Shown: positions 10,061-19,113 of the stretch, piece by piece
Layout of the letters: each line of letters begins with the position of its first letter
How positions within the stretch are numbered: position 1 is the first letter of the stretch
Assembly: GCA_900553315.1 (NCBI GenBank)
Contig: USCW01000001.1
Location: 19,949-83,948, forward strand
Source: an uncultured Eubacteriales bacterium
Lineage (GTDB): Bacteria > Bacillota > Clostridia > Christensenellales > Aristaeellaceae
Direction: 5' to 3'
DNA: 64,000 nucleotides
Notes under the pieces: generated by a model
Databases searched by the model: none
What the model saw: the letters and a program-made list of their open reading frames with translations, nothing else
What the model was told of the DNA's origin: nothing
Position numbers and translations under genes: made by a program

Positions 10061-10757
10061 GCTTCATGGCCTCCTGTAAGGCACGATTCCGCTCAGCCTG
10101 CGGCGCACGCAGATACAGCGGCATGAGCGTAAGATAATCAAGCTCCTGCGCATCCGGCTGTGCAGCCAGCAGCGCCACCGATGCAGGGCGCAGATAGCTG
10201 ACATTCGCCGATGCAAATATCGCTTGATCTCCTAGCAGTTCTGCCAATCGGGCGCGATGCACAGGCATCCCGTCCCCAAGGAAGCAGAAGCGCACTCCTA
10301 AAGACTTCACCTGTGCAACATAGTCCTCCAGCTTTAGAGGAGCATCCTCTAAGAGCCGTGTAGGCACTTCACCAGCGGTGAAAGCTGCGCCATAAACCTG
10401 ACCGGCGCGTGCGTCTTGAATGGGGCACACAATACCATCAAAGTACGGTACACCCGCCGCCATGGCTTGCAGAGCGTCAACAGCAACACAGGGAATGCCT
10501 GAACCATGGCTCAATCCCTTCACCGTACTGACGCCAATTCGCACACCCGTGAAAGAGCCAGGCCCCACAACAACGGCCAACCGATGCATATCCTTTAAGG
10601 TCATGTCTGTACGGGTCAGCGCTGCATCAATCATGGGCATCAGGTTCGCAGAATGTGTCAACTTGTTGACAACCGTTTCCTCAAAAGTGACACATCCATC
10701 CTTCAAAATCGCAATGCCTGCAACCGGGCCGGAAGTATCTACTGCAAGAATGTTCAT
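10053..10757 (-). CDS. tsaB: tRNA t6A biosynthesis protein TsaB
   Basis: MNILAVDTSGP...GPGSFTGVRIG signature. Start trimmed to ATG 10757, just after the tsaE stop. Confidence 0.88.
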   Translation of the reverse strand: MNILAVDTSGPVAGIAILKDGCVTFEETVVNKLTHSANLMPMIDAALTRTDMTLKDMHRLAVVVGPGSFTGVRIGVSTVKGLSHGSGIPCVAVDALQAMAAGVPYFDGIVCPIQDARAGQVYGAAFTAGEVPTRLLEDAPLKLEDYVAQVKSLGVRFCFLGDGMPVHRARLAELLGDQAIFASANVSYLRPASVALLAAQPDAQELDYLTLMPLYLRAPQAERNRALQEAMKHV

Positions 10758-10767
10758 CGTCTGCTCC

Positions 10768-11208
10768 TTACTGATCGTCAGGCATTTCATGGAAGCCGCC
10801 AACGCCTCGCCAAGTGATCTCGCGTACCGTATCCGCTAGGGGGGTCAGCGCGATTTCCAGCCGACACGGGGGAATAGCTTCCGGGCATTGAGAAGGCCAC
10901 TCTATAATGGCAATGCCATCGCCACCCAGATACTCATCCATGCCCATTTCATAAAGCTCATCAGCGCTTTCCAGCCGATACCAGTCAAAATGATAGAGGG
11001 GAATGTGCCCCTCATCATATACCTGCAAAATCGTAAAGGTCGGACTGGCAACAGGCCCTTGAATGCCGAGACCGCGGGCGATGCCACGTGTTAACTCGCT
11101 TTTACCCACACCCATATCGCCCAAAAGCAGGAGAACGTCCCCCGGGCGAAGGCTGGAAGCCAGCCGTTCGCCCAAGGTACGCGTTTCATTGGCGGAAGTC
11201 GTTCTCAA
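10768..11208 (-). CDS. tsaE: tRNA t6A biosynthesis ATPase TsaE
   Basis: P-loop GDMGVGKSELTRGI, then SPTF....Y and the HFDWYRL motif. TTG start with AAGGAGA 8 nt upstream. Confidence 0.88.
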   Translation of the reverse strand: MRTTSANETRTLGERLASSLRPGDVLLLLGDMGVGKSELTRGIARGLGIQGPVASPTFTILQVYDEGHIPLYHFDWYRLESADELYEMGMDEYLGGDGIAIIEWPSQCPEAIPPCRLEIALTPLADTVREITWRGVGGFHEMPDDQ

Positions 11209-11238
11209 AAAGGTCGTCTCCTTAGATTCGCCCGCAGG

Positions 11239-11838
11239 TCACTTGCGCACATGCAGCAGGGGAGACAGGGGCTTATAAATCACATAGGTCAGCACACACA
11301 GCACAACGCCCTTCAGCAGATTGAACGGTGCGGTAACGAACAGAATTACCTTCAGTTCGGAATTCACAAAGGGCAGCGTCTTTGCGCACATGCCGATGAT
11401 CGCTTCCATGGGCATTCCGAAAGCCGTCATGTAGAAGGGAATCAGCAGCAGATAATTCACCAGACACCCAGCGACGATCTGTGCCAGAATGCCGATGAGC
11501 ATTCCGATCAGCGCACCCTTACGATTCTTGTGTTTACGGTAAATGATTGCGGCAGGCAGAACGAAAGCCGCACCCATCAGGAAATCGCCAAGCTCACCCA
11601 CATACATGGTGGTGCTGCTCAGGCAGCCAATCAGGCTCTTCAAAAACAGGATAATCATACCCGGTACAGGTCCCATGGAGAATGCGCCCAGCAGCACCGG
11701 CAGATTGCTGAAGTCCAAGTGATAGAACGCAATCACAGGAATGCTGATGAGAAACAGAATCGAGGAGAGCGCGGTCAATACCGCAATGCGGGTCATGTAC
11801 TGGGTAGAGAGTGCACGGGTCTTGTTAGTGGTAGTCAT
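11239..11838 (-). CDS. ribU: riboflavin transporter, ECF S-component RibU
   Basis: About 199-aa polytopic membrane protein directly downstream of an FMN riboswitch. GGAGG 9 nt upstream of ATG 11838. Confidence 0.8.
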   Translation of the reverse strand: MTTTNKTRALSTQYMTRIAVLTALSSILFLISIPVIAFYHLDFSNLPVLLGAFSMGPVPGMIILFLKSLIGCLSSTTMYVGELGDFLMGAAFVLPAAIIYRKHKNRKGALIGMLIGILAQIVAGCLVNYLLLIPFYMTAFGMPMEAIIGMCAKTLPFVNSELKVILFVTAPFNLLKGVVLCVLTYVIYKPLSPLLHVRK

Positions 11839-11865
11839 GGCTGTATGCCTCCTTCTGAAAATAGG

Positions 11866-12040
11866 CACGCCCCTGAAGCAAGATCGACTAGCTTTTCAGG
11901 GGCGAAAATAAACCTACTTTTCGCGCTCTTCTTTCATCCAGACTATACTGTCGGCTCTGGAATCACACCAGATCGGCCGCAAATGCGGTTCGCGGGCTGT
12001 ACCGCCGGTAGGGAATCACACCCTGCCCCGAAGAAGCTTC
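11866..12040 (-). ncRNA. FMN riboswitch (RFN element) with terminator expression platform
   Basis: Minus strand reads CTTCGGGGCAGGGTGTGATTCCCTACCGGCGGTA..AGCCCGCGA...GATCTGGTGTGATTCCAGAGCCGACAGTATAGTCTGGATGAAAGAAG, matching the conserved RFN core. It is followed by the hairpin CGCCCCTGAA...TTCAGGGGCG and TGCCTATTTTC. Confidence 0.9.
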
Positions 12041-12074
12041 AAGTGACATGCAGTTGTATGGGAAACCATGCAGA

Positions 12075-12103
12075 AGCATAGCACAGCTATTCAGCCTTGT
12101 CAA
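12075..12103 (-). promoter_or_regulatory. sigma-A promoter driving the FMN riboswitch-ribU unit
   Basis: Minus strand TTGACA-17 nt-TATGCT, immediately upstream of the aptamer. Confidence 0.6.
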
Positions 12104-12112
12104 CACTTTCGC

Positions 12113-12153
12113 ACAAAAAAGCCCGGAAATGAAGTCTTCTACATTTCCGGGCT
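12113..12153 (-). terminator. intrinsic terminator after galK
   Basis: AGCCCGGAAATG...CATTTCCGGGCT stem followed by TTTTTTGTG on the minus strand. Confidence 0.75.
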
Positions 12154-12158
12154 GATGC

Positions 12159-13442
12159 TTATAGCTCGAGATAGGCTGCGCCGACAGGCCGGATGTCCAG
12201 CACTTGACATTTGCGCTTACCGAATACGCTCTCCATTTCTTCAATGAAGCTGGGAAGCTCGGCCACCGGGACGAAGTTCAGCGTCGTTCCCGCAAAGCCG
12301 CCGCCGTGGATACGCCACGCGCCCTTGTTATGCAGCTTGTTTTCCGCAAGACATAGAGCAAGCGACAGCGACTGATCATCTGAACGGGCGTACACATTTT
12401 GCAGATACATGAAGCTGGAGCGGCCGCTGGCGATAATCTCAGCGAAGAATGTGTCAAGATCATCGTTTTCCAGCGCTTCCACCTGCTTCACAACGCGCTT
12501 GTTTTCATTGAAAAAGTGAATCGCACGCATGATCGCACGGTCGGAAACCTTTTCACGCAGACGGGGGAGCTCCTGAATGATCTGCTCAGGACGCACGCGG
12601 CGCAGACAATCCTCGCCGAAGAATGCCGCAACCTGCTTCATTTCAATGGGCATAGCGGCATAATCAGCCGTCAGGTCAGCGTGGCTTCCGCCGGTATTGA
12701 CAACCACCAACGCATAGCCCTTCTTGGCGAAGTCATAGGTCAGCGGGCGTACCATAGGATCATCATTCTTGAAGTCGATATGTACCAGTCCGCCCGCAGA
12801 AGAAGCCATTTGATCCATCAGACCGCTGGGCTTGCCAAAGAACTCGTTCTCGGCATACTGAGCAATTTGCGCACGGAGCTTGAAATCAATGCGCCAGTTG
12901 TTGTATAGCTTGTCCAGAATGGCACAGGTAAGCACCTCAAAAGCGGCGGAGGAGCTCAGACCGCTGCCGGAGGCTACGTTAGACGTAGCAACTGCGTCAA
13001 AGCCGCCAATCTTGTAGCCCAGCTGGCTCATGCGTGCCGCTACACCACGGATAAGCGAGGCAGTCGTGCCCTTTTCGTTCTCGTGCGGTGTAAGATCATT
13101 CAGATCCAGTTCCAGCGCGGGGTATCCTTCGCTGTGCAGATGCACCAGCATATCGTCTCGAGCAGATACTGCCGCTACTGTATCCAGATTGACCGCTGCC
13201 GCGAGTACCTTACCGCGGTTGTGATCTGTATGGTTGCCGCCGATTTCCGTGCGTCCGGGGGCGCTGATGAGCAGCACAGGCTGCTCGGTGCTGTTGAACT
13301 GCTCTTCATGCCGCTTGAGCAGATTGATATAGCGGGCGGTCTGGGCAACCAGCATACCGTCACGGTTGCCGTACAGGTGAATCAGGCTTTCCATTACGGG
13401 GGCAGTTTTCAGCTTCCGAATCATGCTTGCGTACTGAGTCAT
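12159..13442 (-). CDS. galK: galactokinase (GHMP kinase family)
   Basis: PGRTEIGGNHTDHN.G signature, GHMP ATP motif SGSGLSSSAA, and C-terminal RIHGGGFAGT. GGATGGAGAA Shine-Dalgarno upstream of ATG 13442. Confidence 0.78.
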   Translation of the reverse strand: MTQYASMIRKLKTAPVMESLIHLYGNRDGMLVAQTARYINLLKRHEEQFNSTEQPVLLISAPGRTEIGGNHTDHNRGKVLAAAVNLDTVAAVSARDDMLVHLHSEGYPALELDLNDLTPHENEKGTTASLIRGVAARMSQLGYKIGGFDAVATSNVASGSGLSSSAAFEVLTCAILDKLYNNWRIDFKLRAQIAQYAENEFFGKPSGLMDQMASSAGGLVHIDFKNDDPMVRPLTYDFAKKGYALVVVNTGGSHADLTADYAAMPIEMKQVAAFFGEDCLRRVRPEQIIQELPRLREKVSDRAIMRAIHFFNENKRVVKQVEALENDDLDTFFAEIIASGRSSFMYLQNVYARSDDQSLSLALCLAENKLHNKGAWRIHGGGFAGTTLNFVPVAELPSFIEEMESVFGKRKCQVLDIRPVGAAYLEL

Positions 13443-13518
13443 GTTTGTTTCTCCATCCTTTGAAATGATTTTTCTTAGGGGTAGGGGAGTGCGCAAATTG
13501 CGTGTAAAGTTCTGCGGC

Positions 13519-15009
13519 TTATTTCAAAGCATTTTGCCAGATTTCAAGCATTTTCTGAAGACCAAGGTTATCCAGCTGTGCGGTATAATCGTTCCAGCTT
13601 TCGTCCGTCAGCGGTATGTCGCCCGTTACAAAGCGAACCATCGCATTTTCTGCATAAGCGCCCAACTCCAACTGAATCGCGTTTACGCGCTCTCGTGCAG
13701 CGCTGTCCAGATAGACCAACGGATAGGGATAGACCGCATATTCCTTCAACGTCTGCATATTGCTGACAATACGATACGTATCGCTGTTGTCGAAGGTTAA
13801 TTGCAGCTCTGCGGGGTAGTATCCCGGCGCGTTGCCGCCGTCTGCAATGGTAGCCTCTGATAGTACCGAGTTGGCTACGGTTTCAATGCTGTCCATCCAC
13901 ACCCACGTACCATCGGCATTTCTTTCATATTCAACGCCTTCCTGACCGGCCTGTGCCAGCATACTGCCCTCTTCGCTGTACAGGTAATCCACCCAGCGCA
14001 GAATCGTTTCGGGGTCCTTGCACGCAGAGGTTACGGCAAAAGAGCCACGTACCACATCGCCAAGCAGATCACGATACACCTGCTTCCCCTCATAGGCCAG
14101 CGGCAGCAGCACCTCATACTGGTTCATGGATGCAGCCGGGACAAGATTCAAAGGTGTCGGTGCGAAAAACATGCCATACGTCATTGTGGCGTTGCTGTCA
14201 GTAATCTGGCGCAGACTGTCTATCGTGGAGAAGCCATTGTGATCCAGCAAATTCTCCTCCCACAGCGTGTTCAGCCATGTCAGAAACGCACGATTTTCCT
14301 CGACGTTCAGCGTTGTCTTGACCTGACCGTCCGTATCCAGATACACGCCGTAGTCGTTGCTGACCAGACCGAAAGCATGGCCTAAGAACTTCAAATCCCA
14401 CATACCCATGAAGCTGACGGGGATCTCATCCTGCTTGCTGTTTTGATTCGGGTCACGCGTTTTGAATGCGCGCAGAACCTCCAGCAGTTCGTCCGCAGTC
14501 GTGGGCATGTCAAGACCTAGATTATCCAGCCAAGTCTTGTTGATCCAGATCGCATTGTCGTTTTGCAGCGTGTTGATCGTCGGCAGCGCTGCAATCGCAC
14601 CGTTCGGCAGGGTAATAGCTGCTTCCCAATCGGGATGTGCCTCCAATAACGCGGCCAGATTCGGCATACAGCTTGCGATGTAGGGCTTCAAATCAATCAA
14701 CGCTCCGGAAGCATAATAACGCTCCGTTTCCTCGACGCTCAAATCAGCCTTAAACAAAACATCCGGCATTTCGTCGCCGCTCAGCAGTTCAGCCTTTTTC
14801 TGCTGCCAAGTCTGAGAATCCGTGAACTGCTGGAAGGCAAAGTGAACACCCGTTTTTTCCTCCATGCGCTGGAAGAAGAGATTGGTTTCCCATACGTGTC
14901 CTGTCCCGCTGTCGTCATAACCGGCCATGGTGAAGCTTTCCTCCGCTATTGCGGGGACAGCCAGAGCAAGCATGCACATAAACAGCAACCATGCAATGCC
15001 TCGTTTCAT
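13519..15009 (-). CDS. extracellular solute-binding protein (large family-1 sugar-type ABC binding protein), secreted
   Basis: About 496 aa. Signal peptide MKRGIAWLLFMCMLALAVPAIA|EE. Overall resemblance to LplA-like SBPs of about 500 aa. GGGAGG 7 nt upstream of ATG 15009. Confidence 0.7.
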   Translation of the reverse strand: MKRGIAWLLFMCMLALAVPAIAEESFTMAGYDDSGTGHVWETNLFFQRMEEKTGVHFAFQQFTDSQTWQQKKAELLSGDEMPDVLFKADLSVEETERYYASGALIDLKPYIASCMPNLAALLEAHPDWEAAITLPNGAIAALPTINTLQNDNAIWINKTWLDNLGLDMPTTADELLEVLRAFKTRDPNQNSKQDEIPVSFMGMWDLKFLGHAFGLVSNDYGVYLDTDGQVKTTLNVEENRAFLTWLNTLWEENLLDHNGFSTIDSLRQITDSNATMTYGMFFAPTPLNLVPAASMNQYEVLLPLAYEGKQVYRDLLGDVVRGSFAVTSACKDPETILRWVDYLYSEEGSMLAQAGQEGVEYERNADGTWVWMDSIETVANSVLSEATIADGGNAPGYYPAELQLTFDNSDTYRIVSNMQTLKEYAVYPYPLVYLDSAARERVNAIQLELGAYAENAMVRFVTGDIPLTDESWNDYTAQLDNLGLQKMLEIWQNALK

Positions 15010-15042
15010 TCGCCGGCCTCCCTTCGTATTCATTTATTTTTC

Positions 15043-15071
15043 ATTATAGCCTACTTTCACTGCTTTGACCA
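15043..15071 (-). promoter_or_regulatory. candidate sigma-A promoter for the SBP-galK unit
   Basis: Minus strand TGGTCA-17 nt-TATAAT. Confidence 0.4.
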
Positions 15072-15217
15072 GACCCCAGAAAAAGTTTTTGTCTGGCACA
15101 AAATTCGGAGCCGAAACGGATCATGTTGCTTATGTCAGAGATTGCCGCTCATGCTTCGTCCAAACGCGGGCAGGATAGCAATGCGGCAAACTGGATTCTT
15201 TTGCGGGAGGCATGTGT

Positions 15218-17617
15218 ATGAACGTCAAGAAAAGGCATTGGGGCAGGTGGACGCTGGCGGTGTTGGCCGTGGTGTTTGCTGCTGTGCTTGTCGCTGGATT
15301 CTTTTATTTTGACGTTCCCTCTTGGCAATCGCTTGATACGCAGCGCCTGCTTTCGCTGGCGCAGACGGGTAGCATCTATGATAAGGACGGCTCCTTCGTG
15401 ACGCATCTGGTCGGAAGTGAAAACCGAACGCTGGTTGCGCTGGAAGAGCTTCCGCAGCATGTTGTCGATGCTTTTCTTGCTGCCGAGGACTTGCGGTTTT
15501 ACAAGCACCCCGGCTTTGATATTGTGCGCATTGGCGGCGCGGTTATCAGCAACCTTCGCTCCGGCGGCTACGCGCAGGGAGCAAGCACCATCACACAGCA
15601 GCTTGTTAAGCTTAGCCACCTCAGCAGTCAGAAGACCATTGCCAGAAAGCTTGAAGAGATTTGGCTGGCGCTCCAATTAGAGCAGCAATTTACGAAAGAA
15701 GAAATTCTTGAAATGTATTTAAATTACATTTATTTTGGGGATGGTGCTTACGGCGTACAGGCGGCAGCACAGGCCGTCTACGGTGTGGATGCAAAGGCGC
15801 TTTCACCCGCTCAGGCTGCGTCGCTGGCTGCGGCAATCAAGGCCCCCTCTGCTTATGGCATTACATCCCGTCCGGACGCAAACCGTGAGCGTCGCACCTA
15901 TATCTTAAACGTCATGCGACAGGAGAACATGCTTTCCGCAGAAGAATATGAGCGTGCCGCAGTCGAGGAGTTAGTGCCGCAGCAGGTCACAGCGGTGCAG
16001 CTGGAATACGGCTGGTTTGTGGATGCAGTGCTGGACGAGGCGGAACAGAGGCTGGATGTTACAGCTGAAACGCTGCTGGCGGGCGGCTATCAAATTTATA
16101 CAACAATGGACGCTGCCATGCAGGCTACGTTGGAAGAGCAGTTTACCAAAGAATTATTTCCTTCCAATTCGAAGGACGGTACGAAGGTTCAGGGCGCCTC
16201 CGCATGCTTAGATACCCAAAACGGTGCGGTACGTGCCTGTGTGGGTGGACGGGACTATGCGACGAGACGCGGCTTGAACCGCGCTACTCAACTTCGGCGG
16301 CAGCCGGGTTCCTCGCTTAAGCCGCTGGTGGTGTATGCCCCGGCGGTACAGACCTATGGCTATACGCCCGCCAGCGTTTTGCAGGACGAGCCGACCAATT
16401 TCAACGGCTACAAGCCTCGCAACAGCGGCTATGCCTACTACGGTCCCGTGACAGTTCGCACAGCGCTGAAAAACAGCTTGAATGTTTGCGCTGTGTCGCT
16501 GTTGAATCAGATCGGTATTTCTGCTGGATTGAACTATTTGCAGGAGGTCGGCATTCCGTTGGATGATCGGGACGGCAACTTGTCCCTTGCGCTCGGCTCC
16601 ATGACTTATGGCGTGTCGCCCGTGATTCTTGCGGCGGCGTATAGTCCCTTTGCAAACGGCGGTATTTATTATGTGCCCTACTTCATTGAAAAGATTACCG
16701 ATCTATCCGGCGAAGTGGTGTATCAGCATCAGCCGGTATCACGTCAGGTGCTTTCGACACAGGCAGCTTATATCATGACAGATATGCTCCGCACGGTGAC
16801 GACCTCCGGCACAGGTGCAAAGTTATCAACGGCTGGCGTGCAGGTGGCTGGCAAAACAGGAACCGTTAATATGACGGGCGGCGGCAACCGTGACGTTTGG
16901 ATGGCGGCCTACACCTCGGAAATCTCCATGGCGACATGGATGGGCTTCGACAACCCGGACAGCAATCACAAGTTGGCCAGTCGCGTCAGCGGAGGTGACA
17001 ATCCTGCGGCGCTGTGTAGAGACTTTTTCAAGGCATGGTACAGCGGCCGAACAAAGCCATCCTTCTCCAAACCGGATGGTATCGTTACCGCAGAAATTGA
17101 TAAGAAAGCGATTGAGTGGCGTGGAAAGCCAATGCTTGCCACCGAGCTAACGCCCAGCGCTTATCGCTTGAAGGAGGTTTTTATTGCGGGCACGCAACCG
17201 ACGCAGAAAAGTGATGTCTGGAATGCACCGCGTTCGGCACGCTCCTTCACAGTTACGCATAACGAGGCCGGGTATCCGCTGCTGGTCATTGAGTCGGGCG
17301 ACAATGCCGTCTATCGTGTTCAGCGGGATGCGGCGGGGGAAAGCTTTGTGTTGACAGAGCTATACGGCACTTCTGGCGAAACGCTTTACTTCGCAGATAC
17401 TCGGGCGCAGGCCGGCGTGACCTATACCTATCGCGTGATTCCAGTTCATGCCGAGCTTTTGCAAAACGGCATTTTGCTGGAAGGTGTGCAAAGCGTGCAG
17501 GTGGCCCGGGCTTCGCTGCCGCAGAAGGAGGGCATTCTGGAAAAGTTTTGGAACAGCGTCTTCGGAAAAGAAAAGCAGGAGAACGAAGAAGAGGTTCTGT
17601 CCATATTCGCACCCTAA
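15218..17617 (+). CDS. class A penicillin-binding protein (PBP1A family: transglycosylase + transpeptidase)
   Basis: N-terminal TM helix. GT51 motifs EDLRFYKHPG and ITQQLVK. Transpeptidase motifs SSLKP, SLN and KTGT. C-terminal beta-rich extension. GGGAGG 7 nt upstream of ATG 15218. Confidence 0.9.
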   Translation: MNVKKRHWGRWTLAVLAVVFAAVLVAGFFYFDVPSWQSLDTQRLLSLAQTGSIYDKDGSFVTHLVGSENRTLVALEELPQHVVDAFLAAEDLRFYKHPGFDIVRIGGAVISNLRSGGYAQGASTITQQLVKLSHLSSQKTIARKLEEIWLALQLEQQFTKEEILEMYLNYIYFGDGAYGVQAAAQAVYGVDAKALSPAQAASLAAAIKAPSAYGITSRPDANRERRTYILNVMRQENMLSAEEYERAAVEELVPQQVTAVQLEYGWFVDAVLDEAEQRLDVTAETLLAGGYQIYTTMDAAMQATLEEQFTKELFPSNSKDGTKVQGASACLDTQNGAVRACVGGRDYATRRGLNRATQLRRQPGSSLKPLVVYAPAVQTYGYTPASVLQDEPTNFNGYKPRNSGYAYYGPVTVRTALKNSLNVCAVSLLNQIGISAGLNYLQEVGIPLDDRDGNLSLALGSMTYGVSPVILAAAYSPFANGGIYYVPYFIEKITDLSGEVVYQHQPVSRQVLSTQAAYIMTDMLRTVTTSGTGAKLSTAGVQVAGKTGTVNMTGGGNRDVWMAAYTSEISMATWMGFDNPDSNHKLASRVSGGDNPAALCRDFFKAWYSGRTKPSFSKPDGIVTAEIDKKAIEWRGKPMLATELTPSAYRLKEVFIAGTQPTQKSDVWNAPRSARSFTVTHNEAGYPLLVIESGDNAVYRVQRDAAGESFVLTELYGTSGETLYFADTRAQAGVTYTYRVIPVHAELLQNGILLEGVQSVQVARASLPQKEGILEKFWNSVFGKEKQENEEEVLSIFAP

Positions 17618-17625
17618 TGGGATGT

Positions 17626-18999
17626 CTATTCTCGTTTGCGTTGTTTCGAGGTGATAGGTGCGGCGTGCAGCGCCGGGGCATAACGTGGCGCTCCCATAAA
17701 GGAGAAGGACGAGCCATGGCAAGGGCATTCCCAATGCTCAGATTCAGCATTGTACCTCAGACGACATCCCATGTGCGGGCACTTGGGCGCAAACGGTCGA
17801 ATCATACTGCCAAGCATAGCTCCTGCCTTCGGGAGGCTGCCCTGCAGCATGGCGCGCCATTTGCCGGGAAAGGTTCGGCTTGGCAAAAACAGGCCGCCCT
17901 CTGCGGATTCCTTTCCCAGAATGTTATCGCTCAGCAATTGTGCAGCCATATAGCTTCCAACTAAGCCCCAGCCGCTGTAGCCGGAGGCCATTAGCAAATG
18001 GGAATCCTTGGGATGAATCGCTCCGATAAGCGGGAGACCATCAACGCTAAAGACTTCCTGTCTGTGTAGGATTTTCTGGATGGACGTATCAGGAAAGCAG
18101 CGTCGTATCTCCTGACGGAAAGCATTTGCTTCCTTTTGTAAGGCAGTTGTGCCTGTACGCCCTAAATCGCGCACCATAAGCGCACCATCCTGCAAGGGGC
18201 GTAGTGTAAAACCATGCTCGCGACATTCTAAATAGCTATGCTGAAACGTGGGAATATTGGTTAATTGCACCTCCACCAGCGTGTGCTGCTCCATCAGAGC
18301 CAGCAGCGGTAATCGCTTGAGACCGATGGGAACACCTGTACACAGCACGATTATTTGCGCATGAAGTGCGCCTTTGGGAGTTATCAGCAGCTGCGGACGA
18401 ACCTCCTGAACAGGTGTGTGCGTAAAGATGCGGCAGCCCAAGCCTTGCGCTTCATGCAGCAGGGTATATAGCCATGCCATAGGGGATAGCAGTCCTTGCT
18501 CTTCTAACCGAACAGCGCCAAAGGTCGGCAGCGGACAATCACCATGGTCTTGTTCAAACTGAACGTGCAGGCCAAGCCTACGTTCGAGTTGGTACAGCGC
18601 CTCAAGGGCTGGTACTTGATCCTCCTGCAAAGCCGAAAGATAGACATGCTGTGACTGACACCCCAGCTTCGGATGCGAAACCGCTAGTTCCCCAATATTA
18701 TGTACTGCCTGAGTCGCACGTTCCGCAAATGCCGCGGCAATTTCTTTCCCGTAAAATGTACGCGTGCGAACATACGCATCCTCAAGCTGGGCCGTTACCT
18801 TCCCTGTACAGGCGGTTGTGCTTCCACAGCCGGGGGTGTCAGCCTCAAGAATGACAGATGAAACACCTCGCGTGGCCAGCATCCACGCCAATGTAACGCC
18901 CGTTAATCCAGCCCCTACAATGGCAACATCGCAGTGGACTTGCCCGCGAAGCATAGGAAAATTCTCATCGGGATACGCTTGCCAATGCTTTCCTTCCAT
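17626..18999 (-). CDS. FAD-dependent oxidoreductase fused to a C-terminal Rieske [2Fe-2S] domain (YhfW-like)
   Basis: Dinucleotide fold VAIVGAGLTG near the N-terminus. C-terminal CPHMGC...CPCHGS Rieske ligands. Start trimmed to ATG 18999 (GGAAGGAG upstream). Confidence 0.75.
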   Translation of the reverse strand: MEGKHWQAYPDENFPMLRGQVHCDVAIVGAGLTGVTLAWMLATRGVSSVILEADTPGCGSTTACTGKVTAQLEDAYVRTRTFYGKEIAAAFAERATQAVHNIGELAVSHPKLGCQSQHVYLSALQEDQVPALEALYQLERRLGLHVQFEQDHGDCPLPTFGAVRLEEQGLLSPMAWLYTLLHEAQGLGCRIFTHTPVQEVRPQLLITPKGALHAQIIVLCTGVPIGLKRLPLLALMEQHTLVEVQLTNIPTFQHSYLECREHGFTLRPLQDGALMVRDLGRTGTTALQKEANAFRQEIRRCFPDTSIQKILHRQEVFSVDGLPLIGAIHPKDSHLLMASGYSGWGLVGSYMAAQLLSDNILGKESAEGGLFLPSRTFPGKWRAMLQGSLPKAGAMLGSMIRPFAPKCPHMGCRLRYNAESEHWECPCHGSSFSFMGAPRYAPALHAAPITSKQRKRE

Positions 19000-19113
19000 A
19001 CAGACACCGCTCCTTCCGAGTACAGTATGCGCATAATGGTGTGGATACTTGCATGACAGTTTCGGAGAACATGAACGGCTCTTGTCGTTGCATAGCTTAC
19101 TCGGGGTGATGTT

